64,000 nucleotides of DNA from an uncultured delta proteobacterium (GTDB lineage Bacteria > Myxococcota > Kuafuiibacteriia > Kuafuiibacteriales > Kuafuiibacteriaceae), in contig CAWDML010000015.1 in NCBI GenBank assembly GCA_963803435.1, positions 1 through 64,000 of the forward strand, written 5' to 3'. Position numbers and translations under genes: made by a program. The notes beneath the pieces were generated by a model that saw nothing but the letters and a program-made list of their open reading frames with translations, did no database searches and was not told the origin of the DNA. Shown here piece after piece: positions 30,254 to 39,485 of this stretch (its first letter is position 1; every line of letters begins with the position of its first letter).

Positions 30254-32214
30254 GGCGCGGCTGGATAGCACGGCTTCGGCGCAAGATCTCCGGTCGGGCG
30301 GACGAAGAAGAGGTCCGGGCCGAAGACCAGGCGCACGGCGTCATCCAGGTCCGCGACGTACCGAACGATCTCGGCTTGCACTGCCTTGGGGAGGCGCGGG
30401 TTGGCTTCGACCTCGGGCCGGTTCTCCTCGGGGAGGATGATCAGCGCCAGGTTCCGATTGTAGGCCGCCTTCACCTTGTGCTCGGTCTGTCCGATCGCGC
30501 GGATGCTGAGGACGTCGTGGGCGTCCGTCACGATCATCCCGGTGGCGGCGAGGTCCTGAGGGACGGCCTTCTGGATGAAGACGGAGAGGAACGCGAGCGC
30601 GGTCGGCAACCCCGCCGAGGTCCCGTGCGACGGCTCGTCCTCCTTCGTCATCTTGTAGCGGTAGGTGTACTCGTCGAGATCCTCGGTGAGGTGCGGAAAC
30701 TTCGTGCGCGCGTACTCGCGAACGGAGACGAAGATGCTCTGCACCACGCGCCGGAGCTCGTCCGAGATGTTGCCGAGGAGCTGATCCGAAGGGAGCGTGC
30801 CGCCGAACCCGGGGCGGGCAATCGCGCGGTCCGCCCAGACCTCGTGGATGAGCCCCTTCTGCTTGCCGATGAACTGATAGACCGCGGGCGAGAGGACCCG
30901 CCCGACGGGGCGCGTCTTGCGGAGATCGGCGGCCTGGTGCGCGGAGGCCCGCCGACTCGCGATCGTCGCACCCTCGGCGTGGTCCGCGTGCAACGACAGC
31001 AGCGTCGCGAGGCGCCGCCAGTGGGCCGGCCTTCCCGGCGACTGCTCAATCGCGCGCTCGAGCGCCTCCTTGGCGGCGAGCAGGGCGGGAACCTGTCGGA
31101 AGTGGGCGGCCACGCTCGGCGACGGGGAGCTGCGCTGCCAGTCGAGGAGCCAGGAGATGATCGCCAGCTCGCGGGGATCGCGCCGAAGAAGGGCGAGGTA
31201 GCGATCGATCGCGCCCTCCACGTCGCCGGAGAGGAGCGTCATGTCGGCGAGGTACTGTTCGTCGAGCAGCGCTTGGCCGCGCGCGAAGCCGGTTCGGGCG
31301 CCGACCCGATCACCGAGGAGCACGTCCGCGAGGGCACGGGCTCGTCGGGAGAGCTCGAGCGCGCGCGGCTCCGCGGGCAGGCGCAGCTCCAGAAGCCGGG
31401 GGATGGGGAGGTAGCGGGCGCTCGCCGTGCGCACCACGTCGTCGAGCGTCGGCCGGTTCATCCGGCGCCGGAACGCGGCGGCATACTCGGTCTCGTACTC
31501 GTCCGCGATCCGGTGGTGTCCGAGCCGGCGGTGCAGCGCGGACAGCTGGCTGAGCGTCGACATGGTGTCGAACTGAGCGCGGAGATAGCGGCAGATGTGG
31601 ATGGCAGCCTCCAGCTTCGGCGGCGAGCCGATGCGCTCGTAGACACGGACCAGGGTCAGCACTCGATCGACGTCGGTCGCGAACGATCGCTCCTCGCCGA
31701 GCCACTCGAGGGTCGAGCAGGCCGCCTCGAGATCACCGGAGAGCTCGGCGAACCAGGCGCTGGCCAGGACTGCCAGCTTGAAGACCTCGCGCTCGCGCCC
31801 CCGGTGTCGGGCCGCGATCTCCTCGCAGCGGGCGCGCGCCTCCTTCGGACGCCGAGCGATGAACAGCCCGAAGGCCTCCTCCAGCTCCAGGTGCGCGGTG
31901 GGCTTGCGGGCGAGCCGATACTGGCCCAGCGCGAGGAACTCTCCCGCACCGCGCTCGGGATCCATCGCGAGCTGCAGGATCGACTTGAGCTGGAGCTGCG
32001 CGGTCCCGCTCATGGGAGACCGCGCGTAGATCTGCGCCCAGCAGAGGATCGCCTGCGAGAGCTCACCTCGGATGTGTTTGATCTTGGCGAAGAGATTCAG
32101 GGCATCGAGATCCTCGGGCTGCTGCTCGAGCACCGCAGCGACCTCGCGTTGAGCCTCTTGAGCCTCGCCGAGCTCGATCAAAACACGAGCATGGATCAAC
32201 CGGGTCTTGTCCAT
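30250..32214 (-). CDS. TPR-like protein with a C-terminal Lon (S16) protease domain
   Basis: N-terminal TPR-like helices; PSHGTSAG (Ser), AATG, IGQTEHK (Lys), ILPEEN. Confidence 0.75.
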   Translation of the reverse strand: MDKTRLIHARVLIELGEAQEAQREVAAVLEQQPEDLDALNLFAKIKHIRGELSQAILCWAQIYARSPMSGTAQLQLKSILQLAMDPERGAGEFLALGQYRLARKPTAHLELEEAFGLFIARRPKEARARCEEIAARHRGREREVFKLAVLASAWFAELSGDLEAACSTLEWLGEERSFATDVDRVLTLVRVYERIGSPPKLEAAIHICRYLRAQFDTMSTLSQLSALHRRLGHHRIADEYETEYAAAFRRRMNRPTLDDVVRTASARYLPIPRLLELRLPAEPRALELSRRARALADVLLGDRVGARTGFARGQALLDEQYLADMTLLSGDVEGAIDRYLALLRRDPRELAIISWLLDWQRSSPSPSVAAHFRQVPALLAAKEALERAIEQSPGRPAHWRRLATLLSLHADHAEGATIASRRASAHQAADLRKTRPVGRVLSPAVYQFIGKQKGLIHEVWADRAIARPGFGGTLPSDQLLGNISDELRRVVQSIFVSVREYARTKFPHLTEDLDEYTYRYKMTKEDEPSHGTSAGLPTALAFLSVFIQKAVPQDLAATGMIVTDAHDVLSIRAIGQTEHKVKAAYNRNLALIILPEENRPEVEANPRLPKAVQAEIVRYVADLDDAVRLVFGPDLFFVRPTGDLAPKPCYPAAP

Positions 32215-32402
32215 GAGTGCGCTCGGCGATCGATCATCTTGCGACACTCCGGCACGCGCTCGATGGGGATCTCGAGCGTCTCGAGATAACCGTCATCGTA
32301 TCGGATCAGCATCTGGCCGTCGTCGCTGACGGCCACGACGCAGGCTGTCCGAGGCACGAATGCACGCGGTTTGTACTCGTCTCCGATCAGCTTCTCTTCC
32401 AT
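32196..32402 (-). CDS. Small hypothetical beta-rich protein
   Basis: GGAAGG-like RBS; overlaps the start of the TPR-Lon gene. Confidence 0.5.
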   Translation of the reverse strand: MEEKLIGDEYKPRAFVPRTACVVAVSDDGQMLIRYDDGYLETLEIPIERVPECRKMIDRRAHSWTRPG

Positions 32403-32497
32403 CTTGCCTTCCGACAAATGGAAGGGCGCCACGCGATCGGCGCCCCTCCGAGTCGCTCACCTGTCCCGCGGAAACCGGTGAATGTCGCCGGTCATTC

Positions 32498-32872
32498 CTA
32501 GTAGAACTGCCTCATCATCGGATCCGTCACCAGGAAGGGGAACGTCTGGACGAACCGGGCGTAGGCCGTCGGATCGACCTGACGATACGGATCGAACGCG
32601 CTGTGGCTCAAGCCGAACCCGGGCTGATAGCTCTGCTGGAACCACGGGGCCTGCTGGCCCCACAGGCTCTGCGGCTGCACTCCCGGGATGTGTCCCCCGA
32701 TCCCGGAATGCGAGAGGCCGAAGCCGCCGAACTGCGAACCCGGGATCTGACCCGTGCGCGCAGACTGCAGACCATGCACGGACATCCGCACCTGGTTCAG
32801 CGCCTCGATCGTCTGGTTGATCCGATCGTTGAGCAGCTGCAGCTTCTCGATGTCTACCTTTGCAGTCTCCAT
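32498..32872 (-). CDS. Hypothetical protein with a coiled-coil N-terminus and a G/Q/aromatic low-complexity C-terminus
   Basis: Strong RBS (AGGGAG); METAKVDIEKLQLLNDRINQTIEALNQVR; GFGLSHS occurs twice. Confidence 0.8.
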   Translation of the reverse strand: METAKVDIEKLQLLNDRINQTIEALNQVRMSVHGLQSARTGQIPGSQFGGFGLSHSGIGGHIPGVQPQSLWGQQAPWFQQSYQPGFGLSHSAFDPYRQVDPTAYARFVQTFPFLVTDPMMRQFY

Positions 32873-32902
32873 TGTTTCTCCCTTTGTCGAGCCCGGTACG
32901 CC

Positions 32903-33418
32903 TCAGCGCACCGGGATGTCGCGCCCTTCTTGCGCGACGATCTTTTTGAGAATTCGCAGCTCGAGCACTCCGTTCGAGATCTGCGCGTTCACGTCGGCCG
33001 CCGTCGTGGCTTCCGGCAGCGGGACGACGCGTTGATACGGACCGAGCGAGTGTTCGGCGACGAGGAGCCGGGCCTTTTCGCGGAGCGGCTGGTGTTGTCC
33101 GATGACGAAGGCGAGGCGCCCCCGAACCTCGACATGCAGGCCTTCTTTCGAAACCCCCGGCATCTGCACGGCGACGATCAGCTCGTCGGTCGTCTCCCAA
33201 ACCGAGAGCGGCGGCGCGGTCGGCGGCGCTTCGGCGGTCTCGGCCGCCGGTTCGCCGAGCAACCTGCTGAGCCGCTCCACTTGCTCCTGTACATACTGCG
33301 ACGGATCCCGTTCAGCGGGGATCGGCGCGTACGGTCCGTTGGCTTTCGGAACGTCCTCGCCGGTCACCGCTCGATACAATCGCTCCACTTCTCCGATGGT
33401 CTCGTCGATTCCAAGCAT
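32903..33418 (-). CDS. Hsp20/alpha-crystallin family protein
   Basis: PPLSVWETTDE.IVAVQMPGV...GPYQRVVPLP...ISNGVLELRI. Confidence 0.82.
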   Translation of the reverse strand: MLGIDETIGEVERLYRAVTGEDVPKANGPYAPIPAERDPSQYVQEQVERLSRLLGEPAAETAEAPPTAPPLSVWETTDELIVAVQMPGVSKEGLHVEVRGRLAFVIGQHQPLREKARLLVAEHSLGPYQRVVPLPEATTAADVNAQISNGVLELRILKKIVAQEGRDIPVR

Positions 33419-33430
33419 CCGCGCGCCTGT

Positions 33431-33446
33431 AACAAGGGGCGTGCCA
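33431..33446 (-). promoter_or_regulatory. Possible sigma54 promoter for hsp20
   Basis: Minus strand TGGCAC-GCCCC-TTGTT; perfect -24, variant -12. Confidence 0.45.
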
Positions 33447-33581
33447 GGCGAACGCGCTGATCGCGGTGAGGTCGGTCGTGGGAAATCGTGAGGAGAGTCG
33501 AGCGTGCCTGCGCGCGTGCCAGCGCACGGTGTGGCGATGCGATCTGGTGCTTCGTGGCGAGAGCGTCGAAAGAGGTCGAGA

Positions 33582-34142
33582 TCAGTTCTGGATCGCAGCG
33601 ACCTTGTCGCCGTCGAAATGGACGATGATCGTGTCGAATCGGTTCCGCCAATACTTCCACTGATCGGAGTCGAGCCGCGGCGTCTCGTGGGCCGGCGGAT
33701 AGCCGATCGCGTAGATCACCGCCTGTCTCGACATGCCTTCGAAGACCTGTCCCTCTTTGATTCCCTTCCGGTCGAGGTCGCTGAGCTTCGCGAGATCGGC
33801 GTCGCTGCACTGCGTTCCAAAGATCCGATCCAAATGCTCGTCCACGCTCTCGACCATCAGCTTGCGCTGGAACTCGTAGACGTACGTGGCTCCATTGGCG
33901 GTGAACCTGGCCTGCTTGGCGTTGACCGAGGCGATCTTCACGGGCGTGCAGCGCGGGATGAGGCCGGGCTGCAGGTAGTTGGAGGAGTAGAGCTTCGAGC
34001 GCTGCTCGTCGGGATGGAGGTTCACGAGTGTGACGATGTTCGGCTGTCCCGTCAGGTGGTAGGCGACGGCGCCGCCCCCGCTCTTGCAGGCGGTCGCGGC
34101 CAGCGCAAGGCCCGCAACGAAGATCGAACTGCGTAGGTTCAT
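33582..34142 (-). CDS. Lipoprotein with a SmpA/BamE-like C-terminal motif
   Basis: Lipobox ATAC; GMSRQAVIYAIGYP...WKY...VHFDGDKV. Confidence 0.75.
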   Translation of the reverse strand: MNLRSSIFVAGLALAATACKSGGGAVAYHLTGQPNIVTLVNLHPDEQRSKLYSSNYLQPGLIPRCTPVKIASVNAKQARFTANGATYVYEFQRKLMVESVDEHLDRIFGTQCSDADLAKLSDLDRKGIKEGQVFEGMSRQAVIYAIGYPPAHETPRLDSDQWKYWRNRFDTIIVHFDGDKVAAIQN

Positions 34143-34210
34143 ACGACGGCGTTGCGTAGGCGCGGCGCAGCTTCCGGTCAAGAGTGGTATGCTGCGGCCC
34201 CCGTTCGTCC

Positions 34211-37200
34211 ATGGCCGATTTCACCCATCTTCATCTGCATACGCAGTACTCGTTCTTGGACGGCGCGATCCACATGAAGGATCTGTGTCCACGGATCGCC
34301 GAGCTCGGGATGGAGGCATGCGCCATCACCGACCACGCGAACCTCTTCGGCGCGATCGACTTCTACCGGCGCGCCCGGGCCCAGGGGATCAAACCGATCC
34401 TCGGATTCGAGGCGTACGTGGCCGAGAAAGGTATGGCGGATCGCACCAGCCGGCGCGCGTTCCACCTGGTGCTGCTCGCCAAGAACCGGGTCGGGTACCA
34501 GAACCTCATGTACCTGGTGTCGATGGGGTACCGGGACGGCTTCTACTACAAACCCCGAATCGACAAGGCGCTCCTTCGGGAGCGATCGGAGGGGCTCTTC
34601 GCGCTCTCGGGATGCCTCGGAGGCGAGGTGGCGCAGGGCTGCATGGCGGGCGACCTCGACCACGCGCGCCAGGCCGTCCGCGAGTACAAGTCGACCTTCG
34701 CCCCGGAGCACTTCTTCCTCGAGCTGCAGCACACCGGGGTGGAGGAGCAGCGGATCGTCAACGATCACCTGAAGCAGCTCGCCTCCGACGAGGGCGTCCC
34801 CCTGATCGCCAGCAACAACTGCCACTACAAGATGCGGGATGACGCCGCGGCCCACGACGTGCTGATGGCGATCCAGCACCAGAAGAGCGTCAACGATCCC
34901 ACGCGCCGGCGGCAGCGCCACGACTCCTTCTACATCCGCTCCGCCGAGGAGATGGCCACGCTGTTCCGCGACTGCCGGGAGGCGATCGACAACACGCAGC
35001 GAGTGGTGGAGCAGATCGATCTCGAGCTCTCCCTGGGCACGCCGATGCTCCCCACCTTCGTGCCGGAGGACGGCACCGATCTCGAATCCCACCTGATCGA
35101 GCGCGCCCGCGCCGGCCTCGAGCGGCGATTCGGCGAGCTCCCGTACCAGGTCGATCGCGAGACCTACCGTGCACGCCTGGAGGAGGAGCTCGGCATCATC
35201 ATCGGGATGAAGTTCCCCGGCTACTTCCTGATCGTCGCCGACTTCATCAACTGGGCCAAAAAGAGCGACATCCCGGTGGGCCCCGGCCGAGGCTCCGGTG
35301 CCGGCTCGCTGGTGGCGTACGCGCTGCGCATCACCGATCTCGACCCGCTTCCGTACGCGCTGCTCTTCGAGCGCTTCCTCAACCCGGAGCGCGTCAGCAT
35401 GCCGGACTTCGACGTCGACTTCTGCCAGGAGCGGCGCCACGAGGTCATCGACTACGTCACCGCGAAGTACGGCGAGACCAAAGTCGGCCAGATCGCGACC
35501 TTCGCGCAGATGAAGGCGAAGTCGGTGATCAAGGACGTGGCGCGCAGCCTCGAGGTCCCGTTCACCGAGGTCAACGAGCTGACCAAGCTGCTCCCGAACA
35601 CGTACAAAGACGAGAAGGGGAACGTCAAACCGATCACCATCGACAAGGCGCTGGAGATCGAACCGAAGCTGCGCATGCTCCAGGAGGAGAAGCCGGTCTA
35701 CAAGAAGGTCATCCAGATCGCACAGAAGCTGGAGGGGCTCTACCGGCAGGCCGGCATGCACGCGGCCGGGATCGTGATCGCGGACGCTGATCTGTGGGAC
35801 GTGGTCCCGATCTTCCAGGGCAACGACGGCGAGCTGATCACGCAGTTCTCGATGTCCGACGTCGAGGACGCCGGCCTGGTCAAGTTCGACTTCCTGGGCC
35901 TGAAGACCCTCGACGTCATCTATCACGCCGAACGCCACGTGAACCGGAGGCTCGAGGAGGAGCTGGAGCGGGGCGACGCGGCGGCGCTGGTTGCGCATCC
36001 GCACCTGGCACGGCTCGTTCGCATCGGCGGAGGCGCTCGGCGCGAAGCTCGCGGCGAAGGAAGTGGGGCTCGAGGAGCTCCAGCTTCGATGCAGCCGCCT
36101 GGCGCTGGACGATCCCAAGGTCTACAAGCTCATCGGCCGCGGCGTGACGCTCGGCGTGTTTCAGCTCGAGTCCACCGGCTTCCAGGAGCTCCTCAAGAAG
36201 CTGAAGCCGGACTGCTTCGAAGACATCGTCGCGGCGGTCGCGCTCTATCGACCGGGTCCGCTCCAGACCGGCATGGTCGACGACTTCATCGACTGCAAGC
36301 ACGGCCGCCGATCCGTCCGCTATCCGCACGCGACGCTGGAAGAGGTGCTCAAGCCCACCTACGGCGGCTTTGTCTACCAGGAGCAGGTGATGCAAGCGGC
36401 GCAGGTCATGGCGGGCTACAGCCTGGGCGCCGCCGACCTCCTCCGCCGCGCGATGGGCAAGAAGAAGGCCGACGCGATGGCGAAGGAGCGGTCGAAGTTC
36501 GTCGCCGGCTGTCTCGAGCGCAAGATCTCGCAGCAGCAGGCGGGCGACGTCTTCGACCTCATGGAGAAGTTCGCGGGCTACGGCTTCAACAAGTCGCACA
36601 GCGCCGCGTACGCGCTCGTCACGTTCCAGACCGCGTACCTCAAGACGTATTATCCGACCGAGTTCATGGCGGCCCTCCTGTCGACGGAGGCCAACAACAC
36701 CGAGAACATCGTCAAGTACATCGCCGAGACGCGCTCGATGGGGACGGAGGTGCTGCCGCCGACGGTCAACGACTCGGACATTTCGTTCACCGTCGCTGGC
36801 GAGAAGATCCGCTTCGGTCTGGGCGCGGTGAAGGGGCTCGGCGGCGCGGCGCTGGAGGCGCTCCTCGAGGCCCGCGACCGCGGCGGGCCGTTCCTCTCGC
36901 TGTACGACTTCTGCGAGCGGGTGCCGCTGAAGCAGCTCAACAAGAAGACGCTGGAGACGCTGGTCAAGTCGGGCGCGTTCGATTGCTTCGGCCGCCCGCG
37001 CGCGCGGCTGATGGAGGCGCTCGATCGCGCGATCGAGGCCGCGCGCTCCACGCAGAAGGCCGAGGCGGCGGGACAGGCCTCGCTCTTCTCGGCGCCGTCG
37101 TTGTCGAAGGACGTCAAGCCGCGCGAGGTATACGACGACACCATCCTCGAGTGGCCGGAGCTCGAACGGCTGAAGCTCGAGAAGAGTGCCCTCGGGTTCT

Positions 37201-37808
37201 ACGTCTCGGGCCATCCACTCGATCGCTACCAGGACGATCTGCGGCGCCTCGCCAACGCCGCGATCGGCGATCTCCCGAAGCGACCGAACCGCGCCGAGAC
37301 CACGATCGGCTGCGTGGTGACGGCGCTTCGGGAGATGCCGGTTCGCGACGGCTCGGGACGCCGCGCCTTCGTCAGCATCGAGGATCGCACCGGCGCGCTG
37401 GAGATGCTGGTACCGGTCAACGTCTACGAGCAGATCTCGCTGGTGCTGAAGTCGGATCTGCCGCTCGTGATCAAGACGATCGTGTTCCAGGATCGGGACG
37501 AGGACGGCAACCAGGCCACCCGGGTCCGCTGTCTGGGCGCTCGCACGCTCGCTGAAGCCCGCAAGGAGCGGACCAAGTCGATCGTCATCACCGTCGATCA
37601 GGCGCAGCTGGACGAGCGCCGGCTCTCGGCCTTGAGGACGATGTTCGAGCAGAGCCCCAACGGTTGTCCGGTCCGGGTCGTGGTCCAGATCCCCAAGGTG
37701 GCGGAGGTGGAGCTGTCGCTCCCGCCGAAGATGACCCTAGAGGCGAGCGACGAGACCGTGGATCGGGTGGAGCGGCTGTTCGGGATCGGCGCGACCCGCT
37801 TCTCTTGA
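34211..37808 (+). CDS. dnaE: DNA polymerase III alpha subunit; single apparent frameshift near 36010
   Basis: HLHLHTQYSFLDG, GPGRGSGAGS, MPDFDVDF, KFDFLGLKTL, then GVFQLES, GYGFNKSHS and an OB fold in the next frame. Confidence 0.95.
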
Positions 37809-37809
37809 T

Positions 37810-37931
37810 TCGATCACGGCCCGGACGGCAAAGCCCACACCCAAAACGCGACACGGGGGGGGCCGTACCGGAGGCCCGCTCCGGCAGGAGAGACCGGGTT
37901 CGAGTGCTCTGCCGCCCGGGACCATGATCGA
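37810..37931 (-). ncRNA. Candidate structured RNA (122-nt rod-like hairpin)
   Basis: 25-bp terminal stem plus two inner stems; the substitutions read as G-U on the minus strand. Confidence 0.5.
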
Positions 37932-38039
37932 GGAAACCGGGACGACCAGGAGCAGGATGTGGGCCAGGCTGCGGGGCTCGGCGATCGCGGTCCACGGCCC
38001 ACCGATCGGGCGCCGGGTGATCGGATCGGGAACGTCGGG

Positions 38040-39401
38040 TCACTCGAGGACGGGGAAGGAGATCCGGAACGTGGTTCCCTTGCCGGAGACGCTGCGGAAG
38101 TCGAGCTCGCCCTCGTGGGCCTCGACGATCTTCTTCGAGATGTCGAGCCCGAGGCCCAGCCCCTTGTCCTTCTTGGTGGTGAAGAACGGCTCGTAGATGT
38201 GCGCCTGAACGTCCTCCGGGATGCCGCTGCCGTTGTCGGCCACGTGGAGGTAGGCCCGATCCCCCTCGCGCTTGACGCGGATCTGGATCCGACCGCCGCG
38301 GTCGGGGAGGGCGTCGGCCGCGTTCCGGATCAGATTGATCAACACCTGCCGGAACCCTTTGGCGTCGAGCTTCACCAGCGGTCGATCCTCGATCGTGAGC
38401 GAGACCTCGCCCTTCTTGACGGAGCGATCGCACTGCATGAAGCGGAGGACGCCCTCGACCACGCCGCCGAGGTCGTGCGGCTCCATCCGATAGCTGGACT
38501 CGGAGCCGCTGACGAAGTTCCGGATCTCGCCCACCAGGTCGAGGATGTGCTGCTGGGCTTCGAGCATCATCTCGGCGGCATCTTGGATCTGCTGATCGGC
38601 CGGGTATCGCTTCGCGATCATGTCGGCGAGCATGAACGGGCCCAGGTGGTTCTTCACCTCGTGCGCGATCCCGGTGGCCAGGCGCCCCACCGCTGCCAGC
38701 TGCTCCGACTTGATCAGGCGGTCCTGCGCCTCGAGCAACCTGGCCTGCGCCTCCTCGAGCTCGCGGATCGTCAGCTCCCGTTTCTGCGCCAGCTCCAGGT
38801 TGTCGAGCGAGACGCCGACGGTCGAGGCAATCACCGATAGAAGGTCGAGATCGGGCTCGGAGAAGTGTGCCTTGAGGTGGCTACTCTCCAGCTCGATCAT
38901 CCCGCGGACGCGGTCGCTGACCAGGATGGGCACCGCCATCAGCGACCGCACGTCGGACAGAAACAGCGACTCCGCGCCTTGGAAACGCTCGTCGGCGGCA
39001 GCGTCGCGGCAGATGACACCGCAGCGCCGGCCCACGACGTGATCCGAGACGGTCTGGCTGATCGCGAACGCCTGGCTCGGATTGAGACGAGGCCCACGGT
39101 TGCGCGTGACCTCGATCTTGAGAGAGGCGGTCTCGTCGAGGAGCGCGACATAGCCTCGCGTGGCGCCGGTGACCTCGAGGACCAGGTCGAGTACCGCGGC
39201 CAACATCTGCTTCGGATCGTGCTCGCGCTGCATTCGCTTGCTGACCTCGTGAAGCACAGCGAAGTTGCGCGTCTGGCGGACGATCTGTTCGAGTCGTTCG
39301 GGACCGCCCTCGTAGAACTTCTCGGCGAGCAACGCGTCGAGGCTCGGCGCTTGCGCCTCCTCGACCGGCTTCACCAGCTGGGGCTCGTATCGGTCCGGCA
39401 T
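38040..39401 (-). CDS. GAF-domain sensor histidine kinase
   Basis: GAF (SLMAVPI), AHEVKNHL H-box, NLIRNA, DNGSG, FFTTK, GLGLGL. Confidence 0.92.
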   Translation of the reverse strand: MPDRYEPQLVKPVEEAQAPSLDALLAEKFYEGGPERLEQIVRQTRNFAVLHEVSKRMQREHDPKQMLAAVLDLVLEVTGATRGYVALLDETASLKIEVTRNRGPRLNPSQAFAISQTVSDHVVGRRCGVICRDAAADERFQGAESLFLSDVRSLMAVPILVSDRVRGMIELESSHLKAHFSEPDLDLLSVIASTVGVSLDNLELAQKRELTIRELEEAQARLLEAQDRLIKSEQLAAVGRLATGIAHEVKNHLGPFMLADMIAKRYPADQQIQDAAEMMLEAQQHILDLVGEIRNFVSGSESSYRMEPHDLGGVVEGVLRFMQCDRSVKKGEVSLTIEDRPLVKLDAKGFRQVLINLIRNAADALPDRGGRIQIRVKREGDRAYLHVADNGSGIPEDVQAHIYEPFFTTKKDKGLGLGLDISKKIVEAHEGELDFRSVSGKGTTFRISFPVLE

Positions 39402-39485
39402 ACGACTACGTTCTACTGAAAAGAACGCCTCCGCGCGACTCTATATCGTTTGTGTACTAAACTTTCGCATGCTATGGTTATCGGA

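Noticed and set aside
34211-37808. Split dnaE, intein or programmed frameshift
   Set aside because: No intein termini and no slippery heptamer; single indels occur throughout the window, so error is more likely.
37895-37912. tRNA (including tRNA-Sec) suggested by GGTTCGAGT
   Set aside because: No cloverleaf or T-stem can be formed, and pairing favours the opposite strand.
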